Assembly: GCA_041484135.1 (NCBI GenBank) | Contig: JBGPHD010000002.1 | Coordinates: forward strand, 1 to 54,871 | Source of the DNA: Gemmatimonadota bacterium | GTDB taxonomy: Bacteria > Gemmatimonadota > Gemmatimonadetes > Gemmatimonadales > JACORV01 | DNA length: 54,871 bases | Direction: 5' to 3' | In this document: in pieces, positions 44,088 to 53,508 of the stretch | Layout of the letters: each line of letters begins with the position of its first letter | How positions within the stretch are numbered: the stretch's first letter is position 1 | The notes under the pieces: generated by a model | What the model was told of the DNA's origin: nothing | Database searches by the model: none | What the model saw: the letters and a program-made list of their open reading frames with translations, nothing else | Translations under genes and position numbers: made by a program

Positions 44088-46145
44088 CTACCAGTCCGTT
44101 CCAGACTCGATCCCCGCATACCAGTTCCGTCCCGGCGACGGCTCGAAGTAGCGCGCCGCCGCCCCGTTCACGTTGACCGAACCCGCATAGCGGGCGTCGA
44201 AGACGTTGTTCACCCCCGCCACCAGCTCGGCGCGCCGCCGCAGCCCGCCTAACCGCCAGCTCGCGCGGACCCCGGTCGTCTGCCAGGCGGCCGCGGCCAC
44301 TGTGTTGGCGTCGTTGGCCGCCGTGCGCCCCGCCGCCGTCCACTCGACCACCACCCGCACATCGGCGCGGGGCCGCACCGTCCACATCCAGTCGGCGGTC
44401 CCGCGGGGGACGCCCGGGATCCGCTTGCCGTCGAGCGCGGCGGTGTCGGTGGGGTAGGCGAGGAATCGCGCGTCGGTGAGCGCCAGGGCCGCGCGCTGCT
44501 CCAGCCACGGGAAGGTCCGCCACCGGAGCGCGACCTCGGCACCGCGGTGGCGCGAGCGCCCGGTGTTCCGGAACACGAACCGGCCCGGCGCCGCAGCCAC
44601 CTCGTACGGCAGGAGCCCGCCCCGTACCGCGGCCTGGAAGAGCGCGATCGTGACGCTGAAAGGCGCCGCCTCCGGCGCGAGACTCGCGCCCAACTCCCAC
44701 TGCACCGCCTGCTGCGGCGAGAGACCGCCGTTGAGGCCGCCCGCGCCGGGGTTGGCGAGCTCCGTCGTGGTCGGCGTCTCGAACGCCGAGCCGACGCTGG
44801 CCCGGATCGCGAGAGCACGCGTCAGGCGGCGGCTGACGCCGGCGGTGAAGCTCACCGCGTCCATCATGCGCGCCCCGGATTCGTCACCGTCGGCGAGGAA
44901 CTGGTCGCGCACCCGGAACCCCACGCGGTCGTAGCGCAGGCCGCCCAGAAGGACGGTGCGCGCGTCGGGCTGCGCGGCCATCGCCACGCGCGCGCCCATC
45001 GCGGTCACGATCTCCTGCTGCGCCACCCGGAGGGTGTCGCCCCGGCGGCCGGCCAGGTTGTCGTAGTTGCGGCGAAGGTCGCTCATCCGCTGGAAGTCGG
45101 CGCCGGCGAGGAGCGTGAGGCGGCGGCGCGCATCGAGCGCCCGCTCCGCGGCGAGGCGGGCGCCCCAATCGGTCCGGTCGAGCGTCACCCAGGAGGAGGC
45201 GAGCGGGTTGTCGAGGTCGCGCCGCACGGCATAGACGATGGCGGCCGTGCGGCCCCGCTCCGAGCCCCGGTCGAGCCCCACCGATCCCTGCCACTGCCGG
45301 ACCCGCTTGCCCGCGTGCATCGCGACGTTGCGCGCGCTGGCCGCGGCGGGACCGGTGCCGAGCTCCGCCAGGGTGAGAGCGCCGGGGTTCTCGGCGCGCG
45401 GCAGGTCGGCGAAGCGCAGCCGCGCTACCAGCTGCGTGCCCGGCCCGAGCGGGACGCCGGCCGCCAGCGCGGCCTGGGTGAGATCCGAGGCGCTGTGATC
45501 CCGGTACCCGCGCTGGTGCACCTCGGCGAGGTCGAGCGCCAGTCCTCCCCGCCCCGGGCGCTCGGGGCCTAACGGCGCGCGCACCCCCGCCGAGAGGCGC
45601 GTGAGCCCGAAGCTCCCGGTCACGACGTCCGCGTGCGCGGCGCGCCGGACCCCGAAGAGCGGCGCGCTCTCCATGGTGACGACGCCCCCCGCGGCGTTCC
45701 CATAGAAGGCGGCCGCCGCCCCACGCACCACCTCGGCCCGGTCGATGGTGCCGATGTCGATGTTGGTGAGCTGGCCCTGGCCATCGGGCATGGTCTGCGG
45801 GACGCCGTCGAGGATCAGCGTGACGCCGCGCACCCCAAAGGCGGAGCGCGCACCAAATCCGCGGATCACGACCCGCGTGTCGAGGGCGTAGGTATAGCGC
45901 TTCTGCGCGCTCACCCCGGGTACGCCGGCGAGCACCTCGTCGAGACCGAGCATCGCCCGCGCCCGGCCCGCGTCCCACCATTCGATCACGCTGACGGAGA
46001 AGACCGCGTCCGCGCCGCGCGCGGCGGCCTGAACGGCGATCGGCTCGAGCGCGGGGCCGGGGCGCACCGAGTCCTGCTGCGCGCGCAGGGCCCGGAGCGG
46101 GAGGAGGACGGCGAGGGCCGCGGCGGCGGCGGGGCCCGGTCTCAA
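44088..46145 (-). CDS. TonB-dependent outer-membrane receptor
   Basis: 685 aa with a signal peptide. Plug-domain blocks (VVIRGFGARS, VTLILDGVPQ, IDRAEVVRGAAAAFYG). Long beta-barrel with a C-terminal aromatic end (...GIESGTDW). Confidence 0.9.
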   Translation of the reverse strand: MRPGPAAAAALAVLLPLRALRAQQDSVRPGPALEPIAVQAAARGADAVFSVSVIEWWDAGRARAMLGLDEVLAGVPGVSAQKRYTYALDTRVVIRGFGARSAFGVRGVTLILDGVPQTMPDGQGQLTNIDIGTIDRAEVVRGAAAAFYGNAAGGVVTMESAPLFGVRRAAHADVVTGSFGLTRLSAGVRAPLGPERPGRGGLALDLAEVHQRGYRDHSASDLTQAALAAGVPLGPGTQLVARLRFADLPRAENPGALTLAELGTGPAAASARNVAMHAGKRVRQWQGSVGLDRGSERGRTAAIVYAVRRDLDNPLASSWVTLDRTDWGARLAAERALDARRRLTLLAGADFQRMSDLRRNYDNLAGRRGDTLRVAQQEIVTAMGARVAMAAQPDARTVLLGGLRYDRVGFRVRDQFLADGDESGARMMDAVSFTAGVSRRLTRALAIRASVGSAFETPTTTELANPGAGGLNGGLSPQQAVQWELGASLAPEAAPFSVTIALFQAAVRGGLLPYEVAAAPGRFVFRNTGRSRHRGAEVALRWRTFPWLEQRAALALTDARFLAYPTDTAALDGKRIPGVPRGTADWMWTVRPRADVRVVVEWTAAGRTAANDANTVAAAAWQTTGVRASWRLGGLRRRAELVAGVNNVFDARYAGSVNVNGAAARYFEPSPGRNWYAGIESGTDW

Positions 46146-46185
46146 GGTGAGGACGGCGAGCAGGCAGGCCGCCGGCGCGGGTGCG

Positions 46186-46938
46186 CTACCTCGGCGTGGT
46201 GCCGATGCGTCCCCACCGGATGGCGGTGAGAAACGGCAGCGCCCTCCAGGAATCGTGGTCGAAGGAGTAGTAGACGAAGAGCGGCCGGCCCCGGATCACG
46301 CGGCGATCCACGAAGCCCCAGTACCGGGAGTCGTACGAGTTGTCGCGGTTGTCGCCCATCACGAAGTACTGTCCCGCCGGCACCACGATGGGTCCCCAGG
46401 TGCCGCGGGTCGGATGGTACGCGTCGCGATCGAGGCCCGGCAGGAGATAGGTGATCTGCCAGGCGCGCATCTCGGGGTCCGCGGGGTCCGCCAGGGAATC
46501 CACGTGCTGCGTGAAGGGCTCGAGCTGCGGCGCGCCGTTCCGGTAGAGCACGTTCACCCGCATCTCCAGCGTGTCTCCCGGGACGCCCACCACCCGCTTG
46601 ACGACCTTCACGTTGGCCTGGGTCTTGGAGTCGAAGACCACGATGTCATGGAGCCTGGGCTCGCGGAACGCGGGGAGCCGCGTGTGGATCAGCGGGACCT
46701 CGGCGCCGTAGAGCGCCTTGTTGACGAACAGGAAGTCCCCCACGAGCAGCGTGTGCTCCATGCTCGAGGACGGGATGCGGAACGCCTCCACCAGCAGCGC
46801 GCGCAGCACGAACCAGATCACCAGCGCCACCGCGATCGACTTCACCCATTCCCACGCCCAGCGGCGGAAGGACTTGGGCTGCGGCGGGGCGGGGGCCTGG
46901 GCATCCGGTTGGTTCGACGTCATCGGCTTCTCGCTCAT
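46186..46938 (-). CDS. lepB: Signal peptidase I
   Basis: TM anchor, then catalytic Ser box IPSSSMEHTLLVGDFLFV, Lys box VKRVVGVPGD, and GDNRDNSYDSRYWGFV. Confidence 0.9.
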   Translation of the reverse strand: MSEKPMTSNQPDAQAPAPPQPKSFRRWAWEWVKSIAVALVIWFVLRALLVEAFRIPSSSMEHTLLVGDFLFVNKALYGAEVPLIHTRLPAFREPRLHDIVVFDSKTQANVKVVKRVVGVPGDTLEMRVNVLYRNGAPQLEPFTQHVDSLADPADPEMRAWQITYLLPGLDRDAYHPTRGTWGPIVVPAGQYFVMGDNRDNSYDSRYWGFVDRRVIRGRPLFVYYSFDHDSWRALPFLTAIRWGRIGTTPR

Positions 46939-48008
46939 GGCACCCAGTCGGCGATGAAGATGTTGGTCTCGCCCCGCACCCGGCCGTTACGGTTCGAGGC
47001 CCACACGAGTTTCCGGCCGTCGGGCGAGAACATCGGGAAGCTGTCGAAGTCGGGGTCGGTGGTGACCTGCTCGATCCCGGTGCCGTCGATGTTGACGAGG
47101 TAGAGATCGAAGTTGCGGCCGCGCGGGTTGGTGTAGTTGGTCCCGAAGATGATGCGGCGGTCGTCGGGCGTGAAATAGGGCGCGAAGCTCGCGCCGCCCA
47201 GGTGCGTGATCTGGTGCCGGTCGGTGCCGTCGGCGTTCATCACCCACAGTTCCATCGTGGTCGGCCGCACCAGATGCTGTCCCAGCAGGGACCGGAACTG
47301 CGCCACCGCCTCCGGCGTCTGCGGGTGGTCCGCGCGATAGACGATGAGGCGGCCGTCGTGGGAGAAGAACGGTCCGCCGTCGTAGCCCACCTCGGTGGTG
47401 AGGCGCCGCACGTGGGAGCCGTCGGTCCGCATGGTGTAGATGTCGAGGTCGCCGTCGCGCTGGGAGGTGAAGACGATCGTCCGTCCGTCGGGCGAGAGCG
47501 TGCCCTCCGCATCGTAGCCCGGGGTCGTGGTGAGGCGGTGGAGATCGGACCCGTCGGGGCGCGCGGTGAAGATGTCGAAGTCCTCGAGCTTCCAGACATA
47601 GCCCTGCGAATAGTCGGGCGGCGGCGGGCACTCGCGGGCCGCGAGGTGGCTCGACGCGTAGAAGATGCGGCGGCCGCGGTCGTAGAAGTAGCCGCAGGTC
47701 GTCTTGCCGTCGCCGTTGGAGACGCGGTGCTTGTCCGAGCCGTCCACGTTCATGATGAACTGCTGGTCGCAGCGGGCGCTGTCCACCGTGGCCTGGTAGA
47801 TCAGCCGGGCGCCGTCCGCGGAGAAGTACGCTTCCGCGTTCTGGCCGCCGAAGGTGAGCTGCCGGATGTTGGCGAGGTGGGTCTCCCCGGAGTCCGGGGG
47901 CACCGGCACCGAGGACGGAGGTCCGGGCCGGGGGGGGGCCGCGGCGAGGGCCAGGGCCCCCAGGGCGGCGATCGTGAGGAGCGAGCGGGTCGGGATCATC
48001 GTCTCCAT
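46935..48008 (-). CDS. Periplasmic TolB-like (PD40/WD40-like) beta-propeller protein
   Basis: 357 aa with a signal peptide. Repeated blades with SADGARLIY, LSPDGRTIVF, FSHDGRLIVY, FTPDDRRIIF and FSPDGRKLVW. The stop overlaps the lepB ATG (ATGA). Confidence 0.8.
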   Translation of the reverse strand: METMIPTRSLLTIAALGALALAAAPPRPGPPSSVPVPPDSGETHLANIRQLTFGGQNAEAYFSADGARLIYQATVDSARCDQQFIMNVDGSDKHRVSNGDGKTTCGYFYDRGRRIFYASSHLAARECPPPPDYSQGYVWKLEDFDIFTARPDGSDLHRLTTTPGYDAEGTLSPDGRTIVFTSQRDGDLDIYTMRTDGSHVRRLTTEVGYDGGPFFSHDGRLIVYRADHPQTPEAVAQFRSLLGQHLVRPTTMELWVMNADGTDRHQITHLGGASFAPYFTPDDRRIIFGTNYTNPRGRNFDLYLVNIDGTGIEQVTTDPDFDSFPMFSPDGRKLVWASNRNGRVRGETNIFIADWVP

Positions 48009-48040
48009 TCTAAGCCCGCCGGCGGCGGGGCTGTAGTCCC

Positions 48041-50380
48041 TCAGGGAACCGCCACCGACGGCCGTTCGACGGGCGCCGGGGTGGGGGTCGGGCCGTAGGC
48101 TTCACGGTACCACACGTAGCTGGCGTACACCGTCTTCACGTACTCGTTCGTTTCACGGATGGAAACGCGCTCCGCGAAGAGGTCCGGGTCCTCGAACTCG
48201 ACCCAGCGGCGCCACCGGCTCACGCGTTCCGGCCCGGCGTTGTAGGAAGCGAGCACGGCCCACATCGGGAGCGCGTCCACGTTGATCCGGTCGTAGAGGT
48301 AGCGGCCGCCCAGGTGCAGGTTGAAGTCGGGGACGTAGAGCAGGTCGGCGTTGTAGGCGCCGAGCCGCATGCGGTCGGAGAGCTGGCGGCCGGTGGCCGG
48401 CATGACCTGGCCGATGCCGCGGGCGCCGGCCTTGGAGCGGGCCTGGGGATCGAAGCGGGACTCCTGGCGGATGATGGCGGCCACGAGCAGCGGATCGACG
48501 CACTGCTCGGCCGCCTCGGCCTCGATGACCGCGCGGTACGGGATGGGGAAGAGGGCGCGCGCCGCCCCGACCACCATGCCGGCGCGCCCCCGGGCCGCCT
48601 CGCCCAGCGTGATGGCCTCGCGCGAAAAGCCCGCCTCGGCGATGGCCGCCGCCGCCGCGAAGAGGACCTGCACAGAGGCCGAGGAGTCGCCCGCCCATCC
48701 CACGGCCTCGGCCCGGGCGTCGGCGTCGAAACCCAGGCTCGCCAGCAGGCGCACCCGCTCGCGGGCCCGGGCCGGCGGGAAGGAACCGGGGCGCGGCGCG
48801 GCGAGCGCCGTATCGACGATGAACGCCGCCGAGTCGCCCAGGATCTCGCGGGCGCGCACGCCGTAGTAGCTGAGCGGGAACTCGGCGGCGATGTGGCGGA
48901 GGGCCCCGGGGGCCGCCGCGTCGCCGAGGAGGAGGCGCAGGCGCGCGTCCCAGTACCGGGGCGCGAGGCCGAGCTGCCGGGCGCTGTCGAGGGCGAAGGC
49001 GCGGCTCACCATCCCGGCGGCGCTGTCGGTCTCACCGCGGGCGAAGGCCTGGAGGCCGAGCCGGAAGCGGGCCGCGTTGGCGGCGGGCGCGTCGGCGAAG
49101 CGTCGCATCAAGAGCTGGTAGTGCGCGCGCTCGTGGTCGGCGTCGCCGCGGGCGCGATCGTGGTCGGCGAGGAACATCACCGCCCGCGCCACGCTGGAGT
49201 CTCCTCCGTACGCGCGCGCGAGGGTGTCGGCGCGCGCCTCGGCCTCGTCCCAGAACCCGGTGAGGCCCAGGACCTGGACCCGCGCCGCCCCGATGAGCGC
49301 GCGCGGTGGGGATGTCGAACGCCGGCGGGCCCGCGGCCGCTCGGGCCGCGCCGCCGCGCTGTCGAGCGCCTCCATCGCGCCCCGCAGCCGCTTGTGCTCC
49401 GCCTCGACCCGCGCCAGCTCGAGCCACGCGCCCACGCTGGTGTCCGACCGCACGATGGCCCGGCGCGCATACCGCTCCGCCGACGGGAGGTCGTCGCGGG
49501 CCCGGTAGGCGCGGCTCACCGCCAGGTACTCGCCTAACGACAGCGTGTCGAACCGTTCGGTGAGGAACGTGGCGGCGAGGAGCGCCGCCGGCCGGGTCGG
49601 ATCGGCGAGGAGGATCGAGTCGGCGCGCTGCCGCGCCGAGCGCCGCTGGCCCAGCGCGAACTCGACCCGGGCGATGTCCAGCGTGCGCCGCAGCCGCTGG
49701 TAGACCTCGAGGGCGCCGCGCAGGTTGCCGGCCGCCAGGCGCCGCTGCGCCACCAGGAGGTCCGCGCGTTGCGCCGCCCCCGGTGAGCGGGCCGCCCCCA
49801 CCGACGCGAACGCCACCGCGGTGTCGCGCTCGATCTCGGCCCGCTCGATGGCGAGCCAGTCCGCGATCTCGGGGAGCGCCTGCGCCGCCCGGCGGAACGC
49901 CGCCGCCGAGGAGTCGCGGCGCCCGAGCTGCCGCTCCACCAGCGCGAGCCGCACCGTGGCTGCGGCCGCGGTGGCCGGCGGCACCGACTCGAGCTGCGCC
50001 AGCCGGCGATACCTCAACCCCGCCGAGGCCCAGCGTCCCGCGCGCTCGTCGGCGCGCGCCGCCGTGGCGAGGAACGCGGGCAGCGAATCCCCGCCGCGGG
50101 CCCGGCGCAGCAGCTCGTCCACGCGCGCCGCCTGCCCCAGCCCCTCGGCGATGGCGGCCTGGATGACGGCGGCGGCGGGCGGGAGCGCGCGCCCCGCGGG
50201 CGGAACGGGCGCGGCACGCGACGCGTGCCAGAACCGGCCCATGGCGATCAGGCTCTCCGCCGGAAGCCGGGGGGCGACCACGACGCACCCTTGCGGCGGC
50301 GGCGCGCGGACGGGCGCGGGGGCCGGACCCTGCCAGCAGATCAGGGCCGCCAGCGTGAGCAGCGTCGATCGGAACGTCAT
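48041..50380 (-). CDS. Soluble lytic murein transglycosylase (Slt70-like: superhelical N-domain + SLT domain)
   Basis: Trimmed to ATG 50380 (MTFRSTLLTLAALICW...). Long Ala/Arg-rich helical-repeat region. C-terminal catalytic block AIIRQESRFDPQARSKAGARGIGQVMP ... ASYNAGP. Confidence 0.85.
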   Translation of the reverse strand: MTFRSTLLTLAALICWQGPAPAPVRAPPPQGCVVVAPRLPAESLIAMGRFWHASRAAPVPPAGRALPPAAAVIQAAIAEGLGQAARVDELLRRARGGDSLPAFLATAARADERAGRWASAGLRYRRLAQLESVPPATAAAATVRLALVERQLGRRDSSAAAFRRAAQALPEIADWLAIERAEIERDTAVAFASVGAARSPGAAQRADLLVAQRRLAAGNLRGALEVYQRLRRTLDIARVEFALGQRRSARQRADSILLADPTRPAALLAATFLTERFDTLSLGEYLAVSRAYRARDDLPSAERYARRAIVRSDTSVGAWLELARVEAEHKRLRGAMEALDSAAARPERPRARRRSTSPPRALIGAARVQVLGLTGFWDEAEARADTLARAYGGDSSVARAVMFLADHDRARGDADHERAHYQLLMRRFADAPAANAARFRLGLQAFARGETDSAAGMVSRAFALDSARQLGLAPRYWDARLRLLLGDAAAPGALRHIAAEFPLSYYGVRAREILGDSAAFIVDTALAAPRPGSFPPARARERVRLLASLGFDADARAEAVGWAGDSSASVQVLFAAAAAIAEAGFSREAITLGEAARGRAGMVVGAARALFPIPYRAVIEAEAAEQCVDPLLVAAIIRQESRFDPQARSKAGARGIGQVMPATGRQLSDRMRLGAYNADLLYVPDFNLHLGGRYLYDRINVDALPMWAVLASYNAGPERVSRWRRWVEFEDPDLFAERVSIRETNEYVKTVYASYVWYREAYGPTPTPAPVERPSVAVP

Positions 50381-51381
50381 CGCGGCGCCACGTTCAGGCG
50401 GCGGGCCTCCGCCTCCCACACCGGACGCGACGGATCCTCGGCCATCTCCCAGAGCGTGTGGTACGCGAGGCGCGTCACGCGCGAGGCCTTGTCGGGGTCG
50501 GTACGGTCGGCGTGGTCGGTGGGCCGGTGATAGTCCGCATGCTCTCCAGTATAGAAGAAGATGTACGGGACGCCCCGGTGCTGGAACGGGTAGTGGTCCG
50601 AGTCGTCCGGCGTGACGGGCGCGTCCTCGACGTCGGGACCCACCGAGAGGCCCAGCTCGGGGTGCGCGGCGGCGAGCCGCCGCACCAGTCCGGAGAGCGA
50701 GCTCTTGCCCCACCCGTTGAGATACACGGAGTCCGGCCGGTTCCTGCTGATCATGTCGAGATTGACGAGTCCGACGATCCGATCGAACGGCACCGTGGGG
50801 TGCGCGACGAACCACCGCGAGCCCAGGAGCCCGCGCTCCTCGCCGCTCACCACGAGGAAGAGGACCGACCGCCGCGGCCGCGTGGCCATGCCGCCGAACG
50901 CCTCGGCCAGCGCCAGGACCCCGGCGGTCCCCGACGCGTTGTCGTCGGCGCCGTTCATGATGGAGTCGCCGCGCTCCGGACGCCGCACCCCGAGGTGGTC
51001 CAGGTGCGCCACCACCACCACCACCTGCTCCCGCAGCTTGGGATCGCGTCCCCGCAGCAGGCCGATCACGTTAGGCGCCGATGCGCCGCGGCCGCCGGCG
51101 TGCACCGGGAACCGTTGCGCGTACCCGCCGCTGTCCCCCGCCGGCGCGAGGCCCGCCCCGCGGAAGACCGCGGCGACGAACCGGGCCGCCTGCTCGAGCT
51201 CCGGGCTCGGCGTGGCCCGCCCGCGCATCGAGTCGGCGGCGAGGAGGCCGATGAACGAGGCCAGCCGGGACGGCGTGATGGCCGTCTGCTGCGCCGCCGC
51301 TCCGGCCGGCACGGCGCCCCCGACGATCACCGCCACCGCGAGGCGGCGGACCCACGCCGCGCGGCGGCCGGCGGACCTCAC
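50377..51381 (-). CDS. M28-family peptidase
   Basis: Trimmed to an in-frame GTG at 51381 (VRSAGRRAAWVRRLAVAVIVGG...AAAQQ, signal). Blocks VVVAHLDHLG, NGADDNASGTAGVL, SGEERGLLGS and DHYPFQHRGVPYIFF. The stop overlaps the Slt ATG. Confidence 0.8.
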   Translation of the reverse strand: MRSAGRRAAWVRRLAVAVIVGGAVPAGAAAQQTAITPSRLASFIGLLAADSMRGRATPSPELEQAARFVAAVFRGAGLAPAGDSGGYAQRFPVHAGGRGASAPNVIGLLRGRDPKLREQVVVVVAHLDHLGVRRPERGDSIMNGADDNASGTAGVLALAEAFGGMATRPRRSVLFLVVSGEERGLLGSRWFVAHPTVPFDRIVGLVNLDMISRNRPDSVYLNGWGKSSLSGLVRRLAAAHPELGLSVGPDVEDAPVTPDDSDHYPFQHRGVPYIFFYTGEHADYHRPTDHADRTDPDKASRVTRLAYHTLWEMAEDPSRPVWEAEARRLNVAPR

Positions 51382-51382
51382 C

Positions 51383-51919
51383 TCAATGATGGTCGGCGGC
51401 GGCCAGGCCGATGTTGCCCAAGGTGTCACGGCGGCAGAGCAGCATGACGGGGAGCACCTGCGCGGGATCGCCCTCCACTCGCCGGCGCCATCCCAGCGCG
51501 AGGAACCCCTCCCGCGCGCTGTTCGGCTGCACCGGCCCCACGCGGTAGCGCGGATCCAGCGAGATGTCCCGCTGCATCCGGACCCGCTCCTCCTGGTCGA
51601 CCGTGTTGCCCTGGTACTGCATGTACTGGGACGCGACATCGGCGCCGGAGAGGAACGTCACGTTCCGCCCGTTCATCCGGGCCGAGAGGTGCGTCGGGTC
51701 GAAGGTCTGCGGTGTCGGCGACGTGTTCCGCACCCGGACCAGGAACCCGATGCCCGCGAACTGGTCGGGCCGGATGTCCATGAACTGAAGGCGTAGTCCT
51801 TCGCAGGAGGCGGTGTCGGCGTGCGTGCTGTCGAACGCGAGACGCGGTTGCGGCAGCTGGGCGCACAGCGCGGAGGCCGAGGCGGCCCCCATGAGAACGA
51901 CGGCGACGGCGGAGCGCAT
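51383..51919 (-). CDS. Secreted hypothetical protein
   Basis: 178 aa with signal peptide MRSAVAVVLMGAASASALCAQ and normal composition. Its stop lies 1 nt before the downstream start. Confidence 0.55.
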   Translation of the reverse strand: MRSAVAVVLMGAASASALCAQLPQPRLAFDSTHADTASCEGLRLQFMDIRPDQFAGIGFLVRVRNTSPTPQTFDPTHLSARMNGRNVTFLSGADVASQYMQYQGNTVDQEERVRMQRDISLDPRYRVGPVQPNSAREGFLALGWRRRVEGDPAQVLPVMLLCRRDTLGNIGLAAADHH

Positions 51920-51975
51920 GGCGAGGATCCCGGGCTGGTAGACGTCGGGAACATATGAACGCGCCGCCGCCGTCG

Positions 51976-52665
51976 CTACCGCCGGAGCGAGAACGCCACC
52001 GGCACGAGGATCCGCACCCTGACGGGGCGCCCGGCCACCCGCCCCGGCCGGTAGCGCGACCCGAGGACGACCGCGGAGGCCTCGGCGTCGAACAGAGGGT
52101 GCGCGGAGGTCGCGATCCGCAGCGTGCGGGGCTCGGCGCGGCCCAGGGTGTCCACCACCACCTCGACCACGACGCGGCCTTCGAGGCCGGCCTCGCGCAG
52201 CAGGCCGGGATACCGCGCCTCCGGGTGGCCGAGGAGCACCGGCGGTTCCTCGGCGAAGCGGGCGTCGATCGGCGCCGGCGAGGTAAGGCCCGGCGTTCCG
52301 GGCACGCCCGGGGCCGCCCCGCCCAAAGTGTCACCAGGCGTGGGCCACGTGTTGAAGCCGGGATCCACGGGGACGGCCCCGGGGTCCGGGATCATCGGCG
52401 GGATCTCCACCGTGAATGGCAGGGACGGCGTGCAGCCGCAGGGCGGCGCGGGCGCGGGGGGCGCCGGGCGCGCGGTCTGCGGCGCCGGATGCGGGAAGAA
52501 CACGGTCGTGACGGTACGCTCCGGGACAGCCGGCGGGGCAGCATGGCGCGTCGCCGCGATGGCGGTGGCGATCAGCGCCGAGTGCACGATGAGCGAAGCG
52601 GCCCGGGCGCCCCAGGGGCGCTCGGCAGCGGCGGTGTCGCCTGAGGCGACGAGGATCTCGAACAT
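51976..52665 (-). CDS. TonB-family energy transducer (TM anchor, Pro-rich spacer, TonB C-terminal domain)
   Basis: Trimmed to ATG 52665. TM helix LIVHSALIATAIAA, a Pro/Ala-rich linker, and C-terminal EARYPGLLREAGLEGRVVVEVVVDTLGRAE...GRPVRVRILVPVAFSL. Confidence 0.8.
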   Translation of the reverse strand: MFEILVASGDTAAAERPWGARAASLIVHSALIATAIAATRHAAPPAVPERTVTTVFFPHPAPQTARPAPPAPAPPCGCTPSLPFTVEIPPMIPDPGAVPVDPGFNTWPTPGDTLGGAAPGVPGTPGLTSPAPIDARFAEEPPVLLGHPEARYPGLLREAGLEGRVVVEVVVDTLGRAEPRTLRIATSAHPLFDAEASAVVLGSRYRPGRVAGRPVRVRILVPVAFSLRR

Positions 52666-52764
52666 CGGACGTCTCCCGGTTAAAGGTCCCGGCTCCAAGG
52701 TGGGAGACGTCGCTGTCCCTGCGATTGACACATCATGACAGAAGGCTAACGGCGGGATGACGGC

Positions 52765-53463
52765 TCAGCGGCGGATCAGCTTCACTCCTTTGGTGCCCGC
52801 GATCACCGCCACGTGGGCCATCTTGAGGAAGAGCCCGTCCTCGACGACGCCGGGGCGGCGGGCGAGCGCGCGGGCGAGGGCGGCCGGATCGGGGATGCCG
52901 CGCGGGAAGCGGCAGTCCACGATGTAGTGGCCGCCGTCGGTGACGAGCGGCGCGCCGTCCGGGGTCAGGCGCAGCGCCGGGGTGGCGCCGAGGCGCTCGA
53001 AGAACGGCAGCAGGGCCGGCCAGCCGAACGGGATCACCTCGACCGGCACGGGGGCCCGGGTGCCGAGCCGCCGGACGCGCTTCGATTCGTCGGCGATGAC
53101 GATGAAGCGCCGCGCGGCGAGGGCGACGAGCTTCTCCCGCAGCAACGCGCCGCCCAGCCCCTTGATGAGGTCGAGCTTCGGGCCGACCTCGTCGGCGCCG
53201 TCGATGGCGAGGTCGAGCTCCGGATACTCGTCGAGCGTCACGAGCGGGATGCCCAGGGCCCGGCACCGATGCGCGGTGTCTTCCGACGTGGGGACAGCGA
53301 GGATGCCCCGGAGCGCTCCCGACGCGAGACGCGCCGCGATCGCGTCGAGCAGCGGCCGGACCGTGGAGCCGGTCCCGAGACCGATGGCCGTGCCGCTCTC
53401 GACGAAGGTCACGGCGCGCTCTGCCGCGGCGCGTTTAAGATCGTCAGCGAGACCTGGTCGCAT
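52765..53463 (-). CDS. rpiA: Ribose-5-phosphate isomerase A
   Basis: 232 aa. IGLGTGSTV, DLAIDGADEV, LIKGLGGALLREK and PVEVIPFG blocks align with RpiA along the full length. Confidence 0.9.
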   Translation of the reverse strand: MRPGLADDLKRAAAERAVTFVESGTAIGLGTGSTVRPLLDAIAARLASGALRGILAVPTSEDTAHRCRALGIPLVTLDEYPELDLAIDGADEVGPKLDLIKGLGGALLREKLVALAARRFIVIADESKRVRRLGTRAPVPVEVIPFGWPALLPFFERLGATPALRLTPDGAPLVTDGGHYIVDCRFPRGIPDPAALARALARRPGVVEDGLFLKMAHVAVIAGTKGVKLIRR

Positions 53464-53508
53464 TCAGGGAACGAACCTAGCACGCCCGCCGCGACCCCGC
53501 ATGGTGGG

